Below are positions 10,667-21,998 of a stretch of DNA of 64,000 bases, in pieces. Where the stretch lies: the NCBI GenBank assembly GCA_963749655.1, contig CAVVOB010000024.1, positions 32,001 to 96,000 on the forward strand, in the 5' to 3' direction. The notes beneath the pieces were generated by a model, which was not told where the DNA came from, ran no database searches, and saw only the letters and a program-made list of their open reading frames with translations. A program made the translations under genes and the position numbers. Numbering within the stretch: position 1 is the stretch's first letter; each line of letters begins with the position of its first letter. Source of the stretch: Nitrospirota bacterium. Lineage in GTDB: Bacteria; Nitrospirota; UBA9217.

Positions 10667-11146
10667 TCAGGAACTGATCCGTACCCTCCCGGTGGTTGCG
10701 ATCGTAACTTTGACCGCAGCAACTCCGGCATCATTAAGTATTGAGATCGTCCCGGCATTGGATGTGCCGTTCGTATTCAAGTAGACAGGGTTTACGTTGG
10801 TAGCAACATTCGCGTCGAATGGTTGCCAGTCGCAAACTACAGTACCCCACTCATTGCTTCCGCTTGCGCGATTTCCCCGGGTGATGCGGTACCTCCTGGT
10901 TGTTATTTCGATTTCCACTCTATGCTCCACATTGGATGAGATTGCCTTACTTCGCGTTTCGCGAAGTACATTCATCATCTTCCGGGCAGCTGCTTTGTAT
11001 TCCGCGTTCTTACCCCATGACCCGATATTGACTGCTCCTACAGTGAAAAGGACAGCAATGACAGCCAAAGCAACAATCATCTCGACGAGCGTGATACCGC
11101 GAAAATTCCCAATACCTTGTCCTGAATTCTCCAGTTCCCGTTTCAT
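10667..11146 (-). CDS. FimT/FimU/GspH-like minor pilin
   Basis: Prepilin motif G/ITLVEMIV plus hydrophobic helix; C-terminal TTGRVRI. Confidence 0.85.
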   Translation of the reverse strand: MKRELENSGQGIGNFRGITLVEMIVALAVIAVLFTVGAVNIGSWGKNAEYKAAARKMMNVLRETRSKAISSNVEHRVEIEITTRRYRITRGNRASGSNEWGTVVCDWQPFDANVATNVNPVYLNTNGTSNAGTISILNDAGVAAVKVTIATTGRVRISS

Positions 11147-11491
11147 ACAATCCTCCTTTGTGAAGTACAGAATGCGAATTGATGCTGGTCCATTCTTATC
11201 AAAGGAGGACTATTGTCCGATAACGAAATGCAATCTATTTTGGTTTTACATTATTATTCCTGCATATTTCGGATCTGAGGGGAGTACCTCTGGAAAAAAA
11301 GAAGTATATAAACAACAAGAAGATAGGCTTAATCAACGCAAGAACGAATGGACCTTTTGTGAAGGGATTTTTTGCTGCTTAATCGGTCTGCGGCAGGCAT
11401 GATGAAATAACGAGAGTGAAATAATATCGAACTTGAGCGCAATACGTCCAATCGTTCGAAAATCATTTAACGATAATTTCTGTACGGAACT

Positions 11492-11980
11492 TCAGTGAGG
11501 GCCGTCTACCCGAATCGCACCCGTGGTTTCGACAATTACCGTAAACTTGTTGCCCGCCTCATAATCTTGAATGTTGATCGCTCCCGGAATGCTTGATGCA
11601 CCGTTAGGCGTAAATTGAATTGCTGCTGTCGTTGTCGTGGCAACTGATACAGTCGTATTATACGGAGTCCATTGTGTGATCGTAGCAGAGCTCATCAGCC
11701 CATTGCCGTAAGCACGCCCACCCTTCTGCCAGCCGTATCTCCTGTTGGCTGCATCGAAAAAAACCTGATGCTCCCGATTTTTCGATATTGCCTCGCTCTT
11801 CGCACGTCTCAGCATGGAAACTATGTCCCGCGCGACCTGCCGGTCCTTCATGCTGTTTCGCATCTGGACAAAGGAAGGCACCGCTATGGCGGTGACTATG
11901 GCAATGATTGATACAACAAACAGCATTTCCGGCAGCGTAAGCCCTTTTGCCGAGCGCGACATCATTGCGCTGTAACTCAT
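11492..11980 (-). CDS. FimT/FimU/GspH-like minor pilin
   Basis: G/LTLPEMLF motif, AKSEAI, FTPNG, TTGAIRV. Confidence 0.85.
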   Translation of the reverse strand: MSYSAMMSRSAKGLTLPEMLFVVSIIAIVTAIAVPSFVQMRNSMKDRQVARDIVSMLRRAKSEAISKNREHQVFFDAANRRYGWQKGGRAYGNGLMSSATITQWTPYNTTVSVATTTTAAIQFTPNGASSIPGAINIQDYEAGNKFTVIVETTGAIRVDGPH

Positions 11981-12876
11981 TTTCCTTCTCCTGTGGGCAT
12001 CTTGATGGTAAGGGTGTACTTCTGTAGAGATTTCATTCCATCCGGGTCCTGCGCGACGATTTGGATATCATGCGCTCCTGCGGATTTTTCGTTCAAGATC
12101 CACGTGATCAGTCCGCTATTCTTGTCTATCGTCATCCCCTCGGGAGCAGCGGCAAGGGAATACCCGATCCGGTCTCCATCGGGGTCCTCAGCCGTCACCT
12201 GGTATTCATAGGTTTCTCCCTGAAAATCCGTCGGAGGTGAGGACGTAATCTGAGGTGGCATATTTGGATAAACCGGATTTTGAGAGACATAAGCCGGCCC
12301 TTCGCCTTCCAAGTCATAAGGTATTATCCGAAGAAGTACGTCGTCACCTTTCATTATTTTCGCACGGGGGAATACCGGAGAATCATCGAAGAGGTCATTG
12401 CCGTTCACGATCCATTGATAGCGGAATTGGACCTCATCTCCGTCCGCGTCGAAAGCAACGGGCTTCATAACGATGTCCTGGCCGTTCTTGGCGGCTTCAA
12501 CGGAAACAACACGTGGCAGACTGTTGGCGATCCTAACCTTGACGGTGCCCTCAGATCCGCCGGCTGTTACAGTCACGGCAATGGTGTCGCCTTTTACAAA
12601 ATTTTCTTTAGCCAGATTTTCCGTCTGCACCCCGTCGAACGGCCGGCCATTCTTTTTCCATTGGTAGGAAACCTGGCCCTGGCCGGAAAAAACCGCCTGC
12701 AGGTCCGACGCTGCCGTAGGTACTTCCGGGATGATTTTTACTCCGAGAGCACCCGACGTTTGTTGCGCGCGGCTGCTCCCGGAAGCGTTGTCCAGGGCGG
12801 AACCGCTTTCTTTCCTGGTGCAGCCAAAGGACAACAGCAGCATACAAAATAATAGAAGAGCTATGTTCTTAATCAT
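11977..12876 (-). CDS. Putative lipoprotein with Ig-like (He_PIG/cadherin-like) domains, cluster B
   Basis: Start re-assigned to MIKNIALLLFCMLLLSFGC (lipobox); YQWKKNG, DADGD, YQVTAEDPDGD...GMTIDKNSGLITW. Confidence 0.8.
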   Translation of the reverse strand: MIKNIALLLFCMLLLSFGCTRKESGSALDNASGSSRAQQTSGALGVKIIPEVPTAASDLQAVFSGQGQVSYQWKKNGRPFDGVQTENLAKENFVKGDTIAVTVTAGGSEGTVKVRIANSLPRVVSVEAAKNGQDIVMKPVAFDADGDEVQFRYQWIVNGNDLFDDSPVFPRAKIMKGDDVLLRIIPYDLEGEGPAYVSQNPVYPNMPPQITSSPPTDFQGETYEYQVTAEDPDGDRIGYSLAAAPEGMTIDKNSGLITWILNEKSAGAHDIQIVAQDPDGMKSLQKYTLTIKMPTGEGK

Positions 12877-12947
12877 ATTTTCTGAGCGGCGACAGGGCGC
12901 CTCATGCCTCGTACGTGAAGTCAGCTTTGATATTCCTCTCTCAGATA

Positions 12948-15900
12948 TTACTTTTGCCTCCAGTAGATTTGCTGAGAGGGAAGATACCGTCCCAATCCGG
13001 AATCGAGGCAAGAGATACCTCCGCCGCTCCCGATACACACCCTATCGCCGATCACCACCGGCGAGGACGGGATGCCGGTCCCCACCGAACGTTTCCGGTC
13101 TGTTCTTATAAGCACTGTACTGTCGCCATGTCCGCCCGAACGGGTGTCGCTTTGGTTAATTCCTCCGAAGTTATGAAGAAGATCTCCTGCCCCCCGGGCG
13201 TGGCAAACTGGTTAAACGATAAACTTGATAAATTCGACGACGTGTCGTTCGACGCATCGAAATTCGCGATCGCCATTCCCGAATCCGAGTCCAGCAGATA
13301 AAGTGCCGCCATCCCAAGATTGCCCTGGCAGACGGTCGAGGTGTCCGTAACCGCTGAAATAATCGGCGAATACGTAGTCATCATGAGTTTGCCCTGAACA
13401 AGAGCGGGCGCTGCAAGCACTTTTTCCCCGGGGTAGGCGACGGTCGGACTTCTGTCCTGTCCGTCAAGTCTGATATACCAGCCGTAATAGGTCGTGTCAT
13501 TCGGGTCATCCGCCTGGTTGAGCTTTGTTATCATGTCGTTCACTCCCGACATATCTGTGCTGGTCTGTATCTGATCCGTGGTGACATCGATCAGCTTTCC
13601 TTCGGTTATGAACGACGACTGCCCCTTGTCTATTACTTCATACATTCTGTCGATGACCGCCCGGTTCAGTGGATGTTCCCGGTCGCCGGTGCCGAAAAAC
13701 AGGCGCACTTTGAAATTGTTGTCAACATAACCGACGGGACGGTAAAATATCTTCCGTCCATTGGTCCCGTCCGATCCGGGATTGGAGCTGAATATCTTGG
13801 TCGCCGTCCAGTCACTCGTAGTGGTACTCGAAATATTGAACCGCCAGAGGTTTCCGCCGGTGTCACCTGTATAAATGCGGTCTACATATCCATTTCCGTC
13901 AGTGTCCAGGATAAGCAGTTCACTTGGGATGGAAAAGGATGGTAAACTGAACGTCTTGAGGATAGTCGGAGAGCTGTTCGGCGTAAAGCTCGTGGAGGTT
14001 ATTGTCCCGAGATCCAGGACGTAGAGCGCCCTCCCCTTGTAATTTGCCGAGGAAATAGCGGCTACGGCGTTGGTGCCGGTGCTCGTGACTACATCGTCGT
14101 CCGCTGTTACCAGGAGACCTACACACGATGTCGTCGGAAAGGTCTGGATATTGCCGTACCGGTAGTCTTCATTGCAGTTATCGTAGCCGCCGCCGAAGAA
14201 CACGGCTATTTTATCCGTCGTGCCGGTCTTGACCTTTGCGATCTTCGGTTCACTCCACGTTTCTCCGACGCCCGAATCCGTGGCGCTCGAGAATTTCCAC
14301 ATATAAACCGGTGCTGTCGGTGTCGACACATCGATCGCGTAATAGTAGCCTTGCGACGGTTCGGCGTCGGTCCCGCCGCCCCGCCGCAGTCCAAATACGA
14401 GGATCACCTTGTCGCCGTTGCCCGTGTCGATGTTGCCGTCGCCTCTTTTATTAAACACGTAAGCGGTAACGGTGGTATCGACAAAATAGGTATGAACATT
14501 GCCCGTCAGATACTGGAGCCTGGGAAGAAGGTCAGGAGGGATGAAGGCCCATGCCTCGCTGCCGTCCCAATCGTTGATGGCATGCAGCATGCCGTCGTTC
14601 GTTCCGACAAAAATCATGGTTTTATTCTGGGCGGAATCCGACTCGTTGGCCGTGCTGAACGAATACGTCGCATAACTCACTACAAGAGGCTTCGAATGAA
14701 GCACGTCGCCGAAGATCCATCCCCTTTTTTGCAGGGGCGCGCTGCCGGTGCCCGTGCTGTACACATCAAAGCCGTGGACATAGTTGATGAGCTTCTTTAT
14801 ATCCGTGTCCGTCGAGGTTGTAATGATCTCCCCGGGCAGGCCGAGCAGCGATGCGGTAATATTGCTGATATTCTGCGTGCGGAACAAGTTTGTGTCGTCG
14901 GTCAAGTTGTTTGACGCGGCTATCTTGGAGAATATCAATCTCGGGTTGGTGCCGCTGATATCCGACGTCACTTTGGAAGAGGAATTGACATAGAGATAAA
15001 AATTTCTCGATCGCAGCAACGCTCCCACGCCGCCTGATTTTACATCTCCGCCGTCCGCTATATCGGCCCCCCAGAACGAATGCGCGGAAATGGACGGCGT
15101 ACTTGCGGATCGTATGGAACCGTCAAACTCCTTACTGGACATCACGGCCCCGTCCCGATCGTCACGTTTATCGCTGTCCGAGTCCACGAATGTCGCGAAA
15201 TCACCGTGTCTGTCGACGATGCTCGTTACGGACGTGGTCGGGTCCGTAGACAAGGCGAATTTTTTCAGATTGCCGCTCCAGAATCCGGTGCCTTCCGGTC
15301 TGAAAAAGCCCATAAACACCCTGTTCCCGAGATCGGCCCGGTTTGTGGGGTTGACCGGGACCACCGGCGCCACAAAACTTGAGTTCTCGCTCACGATATT
15401 GGCAATAATTTCGCTGAGGGCGTTGGAAAGGGTGACGGCGTCATTTGCGTTGTACGCTGTGCCGCGGCCGTGCGAACTGTCCGCAGTCGTGTTCAAAAGG
15501 GTCTGCCCTGTGCCGGTGATTCCGAATCCGATCGTGTACGTGCTGACGTTATTTGAGTTTGTGCCGGTCGCTCCCGTCAGCATGTCGTGCTCGTACATCC
15601 ATTTCGCGACACTGGGCAAAGAGTTAGCAGATGGATTGGTACCGATAATATTTGCGATTGCCGTATTGGGGTCTGCTACGTTTGAGCCGTTTGGCTTTTT
15701 GAAATCGTCGGCAGTCGGTTCTCCATCGGACACGAATATGACATAGTTTTTCTGACAGGCGTAGTCGATCGGTGAAGTGTAATGCCCGCCCGTGACGCCG
15801 ATCGTGCTGTCGAAGGCCGGCGCCCCCCCCTGGAAATAGCGCATGGCTTCATAAAGCGTTTCGCCAAGGGGAGTGTACCCCATACTGTCCAGAGTCAACG

Positions 15901-16858
15901 CGGTATCAGCCAGCGCGTCGCGGTTTGTCAAGCCGGTTCCTGCGTCGAAGATAGAATTCATATATTTGATGGTGGTAACATAGGTTGTCGTTATGCTCGA
16001 CGTTGGGACTGAAGCCAGGAATTGTCCGCCCATGGCATCTGCCGCTGATCCTACTGCTCCCATATTCGGATTGCTGGTACAGACGGTGTCAGGATGTAGG
16101 GTTCCGCTCCCCCCTCCCCCGGGGGAACATGAACCCGCCTTTGCGCTAGTACTTGCTTTGTAGTGATAGCTCATAAGGCCGAACTTCACGCCGTTCGTTG
16201 CCTGGACGAGGTTCGCAACGACGTTTTTCGCGATGTCGATCTTTCGCATCGCAACTATCGTGTTGTCATACATCGCATTGATGTAGTTTCCCAGATTGTA
16301 GTTGACCTTGTTATAGCTGTGTCCGTCATCCAGCAACTTTGTGCAGGCGGTTGTCCTACCGCTGGGTAAGGTTACGAAACAGCATGTCCCGTCCGGGTTG
16401 AGCGGAGGCACATTGAGCACTCTCCCGGCAGTCGAGAGAGGTGTGTAGTAAGAGGCCGTCGGATTACCAGGGGAAGTAGTGGACGTAAAGGAACAGGTTG
16501 CCGGAATGGTGCTGAGTGTACCGCTCGGCGTATAGGTGGTATTGGAATTGGAAAGTTGCGATACCAGGTAGACCGAGTTCGTGAAGCAATCCGTGCCGTC
16601 CAGTCCCGTGCCGTCCTTGCAGACATTGTTGATCGGCAGATAGGTTCTGGAGGCCGAATAGGTGCCCACAGATGCCATGCCGTCGCCCATCGAACCCGAT
16701 GTGTCTATGATGATCAAGATATTCGGCTGGAGTACAGCGTCAGACCCCCCGTAAATGGCGGTGTCGCCGAAATACTGGTCAGGAGATGCGGAGGCAGCCA
16801 CGGCATATACGGCCAAGAATAACGCAGCGCCTATCGTTCCAAAAATAAGTTTTCTCAT
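12948..16858 (-). CDS. pilY1: PilY1/PilC-type pilus tip adhesin B (vWA plus beta-propeller; frameshift near 13120)
   Basis: Signal peptide, MIDAS DTSGS, TPLGETL, VSDG, GDVLHSKP, GTNDGMLHA, Ca loop DTDGNGYVD; true C-terminus QIYWRQK* in a shifted frame. Confidence 0.9.
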
Positions 16859-16888
16859 GAGAACCTCCCTGCCTGCTTTATGTTGACT

Positions 16889-17398
16889 TTACAGTAGCGG
16901 CCTGCACATGCTCAATTCGACCACTTCGCTGCAGTTGTTCGAACCCTGTCCATCGACAACTACAGAGTAAAATTGAACCTGCGCTTTATTCAAATCAACC
17001 TGCATATCCGTAGCCATAGACTTACAGGCATTGGGGTTGAAGTAACCGAGTCCGGTGGCTACAACGGTAAAGACCGCGGTCCCCGTGGGAAATGACACTG
17101 AACTTGAATAGGTCGCCGCGCCTACGCTGTTGCTTGCCAGCGTAATGATCGCCGTGTTGGTCGCATATCCGACTCCGCTTTCGGCCACATAAAATGCATT
17201 CTGGGCGCACCGAAGATTGCCTGCGATTTTCAGATCGGTGTTCGACGTATCAAGGACCCAAAGCCCGAGGATAGTCAAAAGAAAAAGCATGACCATTGTG
17301 AGGATAAGGGCAAACCCGCCATTGTTTCCCGATCTCTGTTGTGGACTATCATCCCGCCTGAGCGCCTGCATCATTCCTTGTCTTTTTCCCGTGTGCAC
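16889..17398 (-). CDS. pilX: PilX-like minor pilin
   Basis: G/FALILTM without Glu5; DLKIAGN...AFYVAESG. Confidence 0.85.
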   Translation of the reverse strand: MHTGKRQGMMQALRRDDSPQQRSGNNGGFALILTMVMLFLLTILGLWVLDTSNTDLKIAGNLRCAQNAFYVAESGVGYATNTAIITLASNSVGAATYSSSVSFPTGTAVFTVVATGLGYFNPNACKSMATDMQVDLNKAQVQFYSVVVDGQGSNNCSEVVELSMCRPLL

Positions 17399-17407
17399 CG
17401 CTGCCCC

Positions 17408-18355
17408 CTATCTGTTTCTTATGCCGAGCACTGTTTGAAGCTGCTTTACCTTTGATTGATTGTTCGACAGACCTCTCGTTTTTATTGTCTGACCTATAAG
17501 CGTGACCCTCACCGCTCGTATGTTGCGATAGTCCGCTGTTGCGGGCGAAGCAGTTTCCGTATTGTTGTCAAGAAGGTAGCTGAACCTCAGATTTGCTATA
17601 TTCTGTGCAATTACATTGGTTGTTCCATTGACGATCCGCATAAGACAGAGCTGCCCGGCCGGACAGGAATCAACCGCAGGGCAGCACGGCGAGTCTTCGT
17701 TCGAACCGAGACAGTATTGAATTGTGCTCGGATAGACCGCACTGCCGGAGGAATCCTTGTCCAATTTGACGATCATATCATAATCCGTCGGAGTGAACGT
17801 AACGCCGCCGCCGGCAGATCCGCTGAGCGTTATACTGGTCGTTGCTCCTGTCGCCACCGTGGCGGTGAACCGGTCGCTGCCGGCCAAGCCCCCTATGGAG
17901 GTTTTGGTCAGAGCAGTTATGAGCGCAGTGATATCACCGCTTTTAAAGCCCCCGACATCATCGACGGTAAAGGTCCCCAATCCTGTCTGCGAAACCGTTA
18001 TTCTACTGACGACATAGGATGCGTTTACGGCTTGCAGCGTCAGGGAGTCGGAAGCGACATCATTCGGCGCGGGCAACGGCTGTGCCGTCCCCACGCTCGA
18101 GGTAGCCAGCGATACAGGCGAAAAAGCGGACCCGGGAAGGAGAAAACCGGCCATTCGAATATCCTTCGTAATACTGTCCATGCCGATCCGCAGATTTTGC
18201 TGTACTTCCACGACTTCGTCTTGTGTATAGGCAGAATGTTGATGCGTCCAGTAGAGAGAATAGACCGCTGTCATTAAAAGACCCAGCATGCCGATAACGA
18301 CAAGGAGCTCGATCAGGCTAAAACCGCCCTGCTTTTGCATAATGCGGTTCTTCAT
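17408..18355 (-). CDS. pilW: PilW-like minor pilin
   Basis: G/FSLIELL, QQNLRIGMD..KDIRMAG, IRAVRVTL, C-terminal IRN. Confidence 0.88.
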   Translation of the reverse strand: MKNRIMQKQGGFSLIELLVVIGMLGLLMTAVYSLYWTHQHSAYTQDEVVEVQQNLRIGMDSITKDIRMAGFLLPGSAFSPVSLATSSVGTAQPLPAPNDVASDSLTLQAVNASYVVSRITVSQTGLGTFTVDDVGGFKSGDITALITALTKTSIGGLAGSDRFTATVATGATTSITLSGSAGGGVTFTPTDYDMIVKLDKDSSGSAVYPSTIQYCLGSNEDSPCCPAVDSCPAGQLCLMRIVNGTTNVIAQNIANLRFSYLLDNNTETASPATADYRNIRAVRVTLIGQTIKTRGLSNNQSKVKQLQTVLGIRNR

Positions 18356-18796
18356 TTACTGCACCACCTTGTACATGGTATAGGTCAAAGGCGGCGGCGA
18401 TATTACACTCGGCGATATATAATTTACCGTTACCTGAATTTCCGATGTACCGCTGATGGGCTGATTCGGTGTTATTGAATAGGTCGCGTTGAACGAGCCG
18501 GCGCCATTAACGTTAATTGTGGCCGACGAGGTGACGGGATCCACATATGAGACGTTTGATACTGATGTACGCAAATCAATTGCGCCGGTTGTTACGCCGC
18601 GGGAGACGATATCTTCCATAATCTGCTCCGCAAGCATGCTGCTCACGGAAATTCTGTTGGAGACCGTGTTGGCCTTTAATCCCGTTCCCTGCATGGAGAT
18701 AAGGGCGGTCAATCCGACAGCAAGGATAAAAAAAGCGATGAGCATTTCAATGAGCGTGAAACCTCCGTTGTTTAACATTGCTTTTTCTTTTGCCAT
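18356..18796 (-). CDS. pilV: PilV-like minor pilin
   Basis: G/FTLIEMLIA, LAEQIME. Confidence 0.85.
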   Translation of the reverse strand: MAKEKAMLNNGGFTLIEMLIAFFILAVGLTALISMQGTGLKANTVSNRISVSSMLAEQIMEDIVSRGVTTGAIDLRTSVSNVSYVDPVTSSATINVNGAGSFNATYSITPNQPISGTSEIQVTVNYISPSVISPPPLTYTMYKVVQ

Positions 18797-18798
18797 AT

Positions 18799-19017
18799 CT
18801 ACCCTCTTCCCAGTGAATGTCCGTGACGGTTTATGGTCCTTCCCCGATGCTCCGAAACCGGTATTGTCTCCGCCATCATCAGATCAAAGTCGTCCCAGAC
18901 ATGGGAACTGCACGCCGGGCAGCGTTCCCACAAGACGATTTCGGGATGCGGTGTAATAACGACGGCGGAGCATTCCGGGCAGATCAATTTCGTCTCTATA
19001 TTCGGTTTGCGGTCCAT
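18799..19017 (-). CDS. Small putative zinc-ribbon protein (72 aa)
   Basis: CPEC-x16-CPAC; GGAG RBS; stop 2 nt before the pilV start. Confidence 0.65.
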   Translation of the reverse strand: MDRKPNIETKLICPECSAVVITPHPEIVLWERCPACSSHVWDDFDLMMAETIPVSEHRGRTINRHGHSLGRG

Positions 19018-19052
19018 AATGCATTGTCTCCACTTGATTCGAGTAATATGGA

Positions 19053-19068
19053 TGCAACACTCATACCA
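19053..19068 (-). promoter_or_regulatory. sigma54 (-24/-12) promoter of pilin cluster B
   Basis: TGGTATGAGTGTTGCA, i.e. GG-N10-GC. Confidence 0.7.
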
Positions 19069-19238
19069 TTGCCATAACTTTATATTTTCAATGGATTAGG
19101 AAATTGCTTACCAGAAAAACAGAGAACCGGGGTCATACGTGTGTAATGAATTACCCATTTTCCCCAAGAGGAAAAATCCCGGTGTGAGTACGATAAAAAC
19201 AGGGACAGTGCCCAGAGAAGGATTACAGGTGAGAACAT

Positions 19239-20143
19239 TTATTGAATGGTAATTTGCAGGCTATAGCGGGCAATGCCGCCGTTTCCGTCATTCACGACGA
19301 TCATTACGTTCTGTTTCCCTTTGAATTCGTTTGGAACATTCCAGGCCAAAAGTCCGGAAGCGGGATCAATGGTCATGCCGGGAGCCGGAGAATCCAGCGA
19401 AAACGTGAGCGTGTCGCCGTCAGGATCGGTTGCCCTGACCTGGTAGGTGTACAGCGATCCCTGGAGCGTGAAATCATCATGCTGCTCGATGAGGGGCGGA
19501 AGGTTCCGCATTTCCCGCCGGACAACCATGGGTTTGCCGTAATCCGTCCCGTCAAAGGGGGTCACGGTCACGATAAAGACATCTCCCCTGCCGATGTGCT
19601 GCTCAATGCTGTTTCCCGTGCCGGCGGGCTCGCCGTTTTTTGACCATTCGTAGCCGAGCGAGACATCATCGCCGTCAACATCAGCTGCGACGACATCCAC
19701 ATGAAGCGTGTCTCCCGGCTTGAAAACATCGGGGAGAAGTGTAACGGATTTTATCTCCGGGGGAGTATTGGCAATGGTAACGGTATTTGACAGGATCTCC
19801 CGGTCTCCGGCAACGGTCTTTACCTGAACGCTGTCGCCCCGTGCAAGATCCCTGCCTGCATACGGTCCCGGTCTACGTCGGGAAGTATTGCCCCGTTCAC
19901 GATCCATTGTACGCGGGCTTTCGTCAGGTCGATACTCCGGGATACGACGTACAACATGCTGTTTTTGGAGGGGTTGGTTGGCGTCAGTTCCAATGCTGCG
20001 GTTCCTGAAGACCGCGACGCGGCGGCGGGACCGCCGCTCATCAACGCCGGGGCGCTTGCGTCCGGTCCCTTATTACAGGAGACCAGCGAGATAATAAGGA
20101 TAAGAACGGTCGCGCTGCTGGCAGTATAAAATGCTCTGGTCAT
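19239..20143 (-). CDS. Putative Ig-domain lipoprotein, cluster A (frameshift near 19850)
   Basis: Lipobox SLVSC; DVDGD, YEWSKNG, YQVRATDPDGD...GMTIDPASGLLAW; paralog of 11977..12876. Confidence 0.8.
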
Positions 20144-20164
20144 GGCACGATCCTCGCGACCCCA

Positions 20165-20935
20165 TCAATATTGATAGAGGATAGACAGTTTTGCGCGCTC
20201 CGGACTCGCCACCGCCGTATTTTCCGCTTCCACCTCGATCGTATACTGGGAAGGGAAACTCTGGACAGGCAACTCGCCGCCTGAGGACACGACGCCGGTA
20301 TTCGTCAGCGCGTAATCGCCTCCGGTGTTGCCTGCAACGGTATCGGCGATCTTGGCATATACGGTGTAAGATCCCAGCTTGAACCTGAGATCATAGGTGG
20401 CAGTCTGAGCGGCATCGAGAATCAGAGACTGGTTGCAGGGAGCGCTCCAGCCTGTCGTCGACGCCATGATCTTCGTCCGCAGGTCAGTATAAGGCATGCC
20501 TGCCGTGGTCCCGGTGCAGGTCCCCGGAGTGGTAATCGCGGCGTTGAGCCCCTGACTGTTCAGGCTGGCAAGGAAGGTATTCGTATCCGCCGTGTTGCCG
20601 CGAAGCGCAATGATCTGGTACAGGATATCCGCCCCGCCGAAACCGGCCTCCAGCGCAGTCTTATATTGTTTGTGCGAACCCGACATCTGGGTTCCCACGG
20701 TGATCATGTAGATGAGAACGGTCATGACGGCCAGCATGACGGATGAAAACACAAGCACCACCACGAGGGCAACGCCCCTTTCGGGACTGCGCCGCCGGTG
20801 CTTCACGGGAGGACCGTCCTGTGTCGCCTGCCCTCTGCACTCCTGCAGCGCCTGCGTCCGCGCCCCTGCGCGTCCCGCAGCATCGCCCGGATTACGAAAC
20901 AAGCTTCCGCCGATCATGTGCGTCTCACCTCGCAT
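20165..20935 (-). CDS. pilX: PilX-like minor pilin with long N-terminal leader
   Basis: G/VALVVVL without Glu5; ALEAGFGG; C-terminal ERAKLSILYQY. Confidence 0.75.
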   Translation of the reverse strand: MRGETHMIGGSLFRNPGDAAGRAGARTQALQECRGQATQDGPPVKHRRRSPERGVALVVVLVFSSVMLAVMTVLIYMITVGTQMSGSHKQYKTALEAGFGGADILYQIIALRGNTADTNTFLASLNSQGLNAAITTPGTCTGTTAGMPYTDLRTKIMASTTGWSAPCNQSLILDAAQTATYDLRFKLGSYTVYAKIADTVAGNTGGDYALTNTGVVSSGGELPVQSFPSQYTIEVEAENTAVASPERAKLSILYQY

Positions 20936-21995
20936 TCTTCGGACTCACCGCGATCGTATACAGTTTCCATCGGTAATTCACATTTCCGCCGAGATCGAAG
21001 TAACGGCCTCCGCCGATGCTCAGATCGCCGACATACACCGTTGAATCCGGGTATCGGTAGTCCTTATCCTTCTGACCCTCATGGGTCAGAATGTACACTC
21101 GCACTTCCTTCAATTGGCTCCGTATCGTCTGGGCGGTATATCCAGCTGAAATGTCGTCTGTCGGCGTGTCGATGACGCCGTTGCCGTCGGTATCAAGGCG
21201 GAATACAACCTGCATGTCTGCGACGCAGTCGAGAAGGGGGGCTATATTGCTCCTGCTGCCGTTGAGAATGACGGCTTTCATGAGCTCGCCGGTATTCGGC
21301 GCGCAGCGGCGCGGAATGAGGGTGGTGTCCGCGGATCCCTGGATGAAATAGTCCGCCCTGTTGAACGGCATCGGAGGAAGGCTGCTCCCGAAATCATACA
21401 CATAGAGGGGTTGCTGCTGAAGTGCGCCCGGGGTGAAACTCGCGATATTGCTGAAGAGCGTCCGCCACGCCCCTCCTGCCGTCATCAAGGAGCGCCGGTC
21501 GGCGTCGCTTGCACCCGGAGAAAGCACGATCATATAATCGTTGGGATTGGGGTTCTGGGTCGAAACGTCCCACGTCTTGGTTCCGCTGCTGGTCAGATAG
21601 GTCCAGCGCCGGGAAAAATCCTCCCGTGTAATATTGGCCGCTTTGACGACCAGCACGTCGGAGCCGTTGAATCCTGCGCCATTCCCGCTCAAGATGGGAC
21701 GCGGGGGGTTGGTGGCGGCGTCGTCATAGGCCGCTTCGGGCAGCCCGGCGGTCGATTCGGTGTACGTAACGCCAGTCGGAATGACCCACGGCAGGCCGTA
21801 ACCCGCGCTCTCGATGTCCTGACGCAGGATTTCCATTCCCATCATGCCTTCCATGCTCGTTTCGGCGATCTTACTCTGTTGCTTGTACTGGCGCAGCATC
21901 CCCACCATAGTGTCCGACGCCGCCGCAAGGATGATGATGAATATCGCCATCGTGACAAGCAATTCGACCAGGGTAAAACCTCTATTCTTCCGCAA
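20925..21995 (-). CDS. pilW: PilW-like minor pilin
   Basis: G/FTLVELL, LRQDIESAGYG, LDCVADMQV, EVRVYIL. Confidence 0.85.
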   Translation of the reverse strand: MRKNRGFTLVELLVTMAIFIIILAAASDTMVGMLRQYKQQSKIAETSMEGMMGMEILRQDIESAGYGLPWVIPTGVTYTESTAGLPEAAYDDAATNPPRPILSGNGAGFNGSDVLVVKAANITREDFSRRWTYLTSSGTKTWDVSTQNPNPNDYMIVLSPGASDADRRSLMTAGGAWRTLFSNIASFTPGALQQQPLYVYDFGSSLPPMPFNRADYFIQGSADTTLIPRRCAPNTGELMKAVILNGSRSNIAPLLDCVADMQVVFRLDTDGNGVIDTPTDDISAGYTAQTIRSQLKEVRVYILTHEGQKDKDYRYPDSTVYVGDLSIGGGRYFDLGGNVNYRWKLYTIAVSPKNAR

Positions 21996-21998
21996 CCG

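Noticed and set aside
14438-14446. RGD motif in PilY1-B
   Set aside because: It sits in a DxxxDG-like loop (NKRGDGNID); a tripeptide match is expected by chance and nothing suggests host integrin binding.
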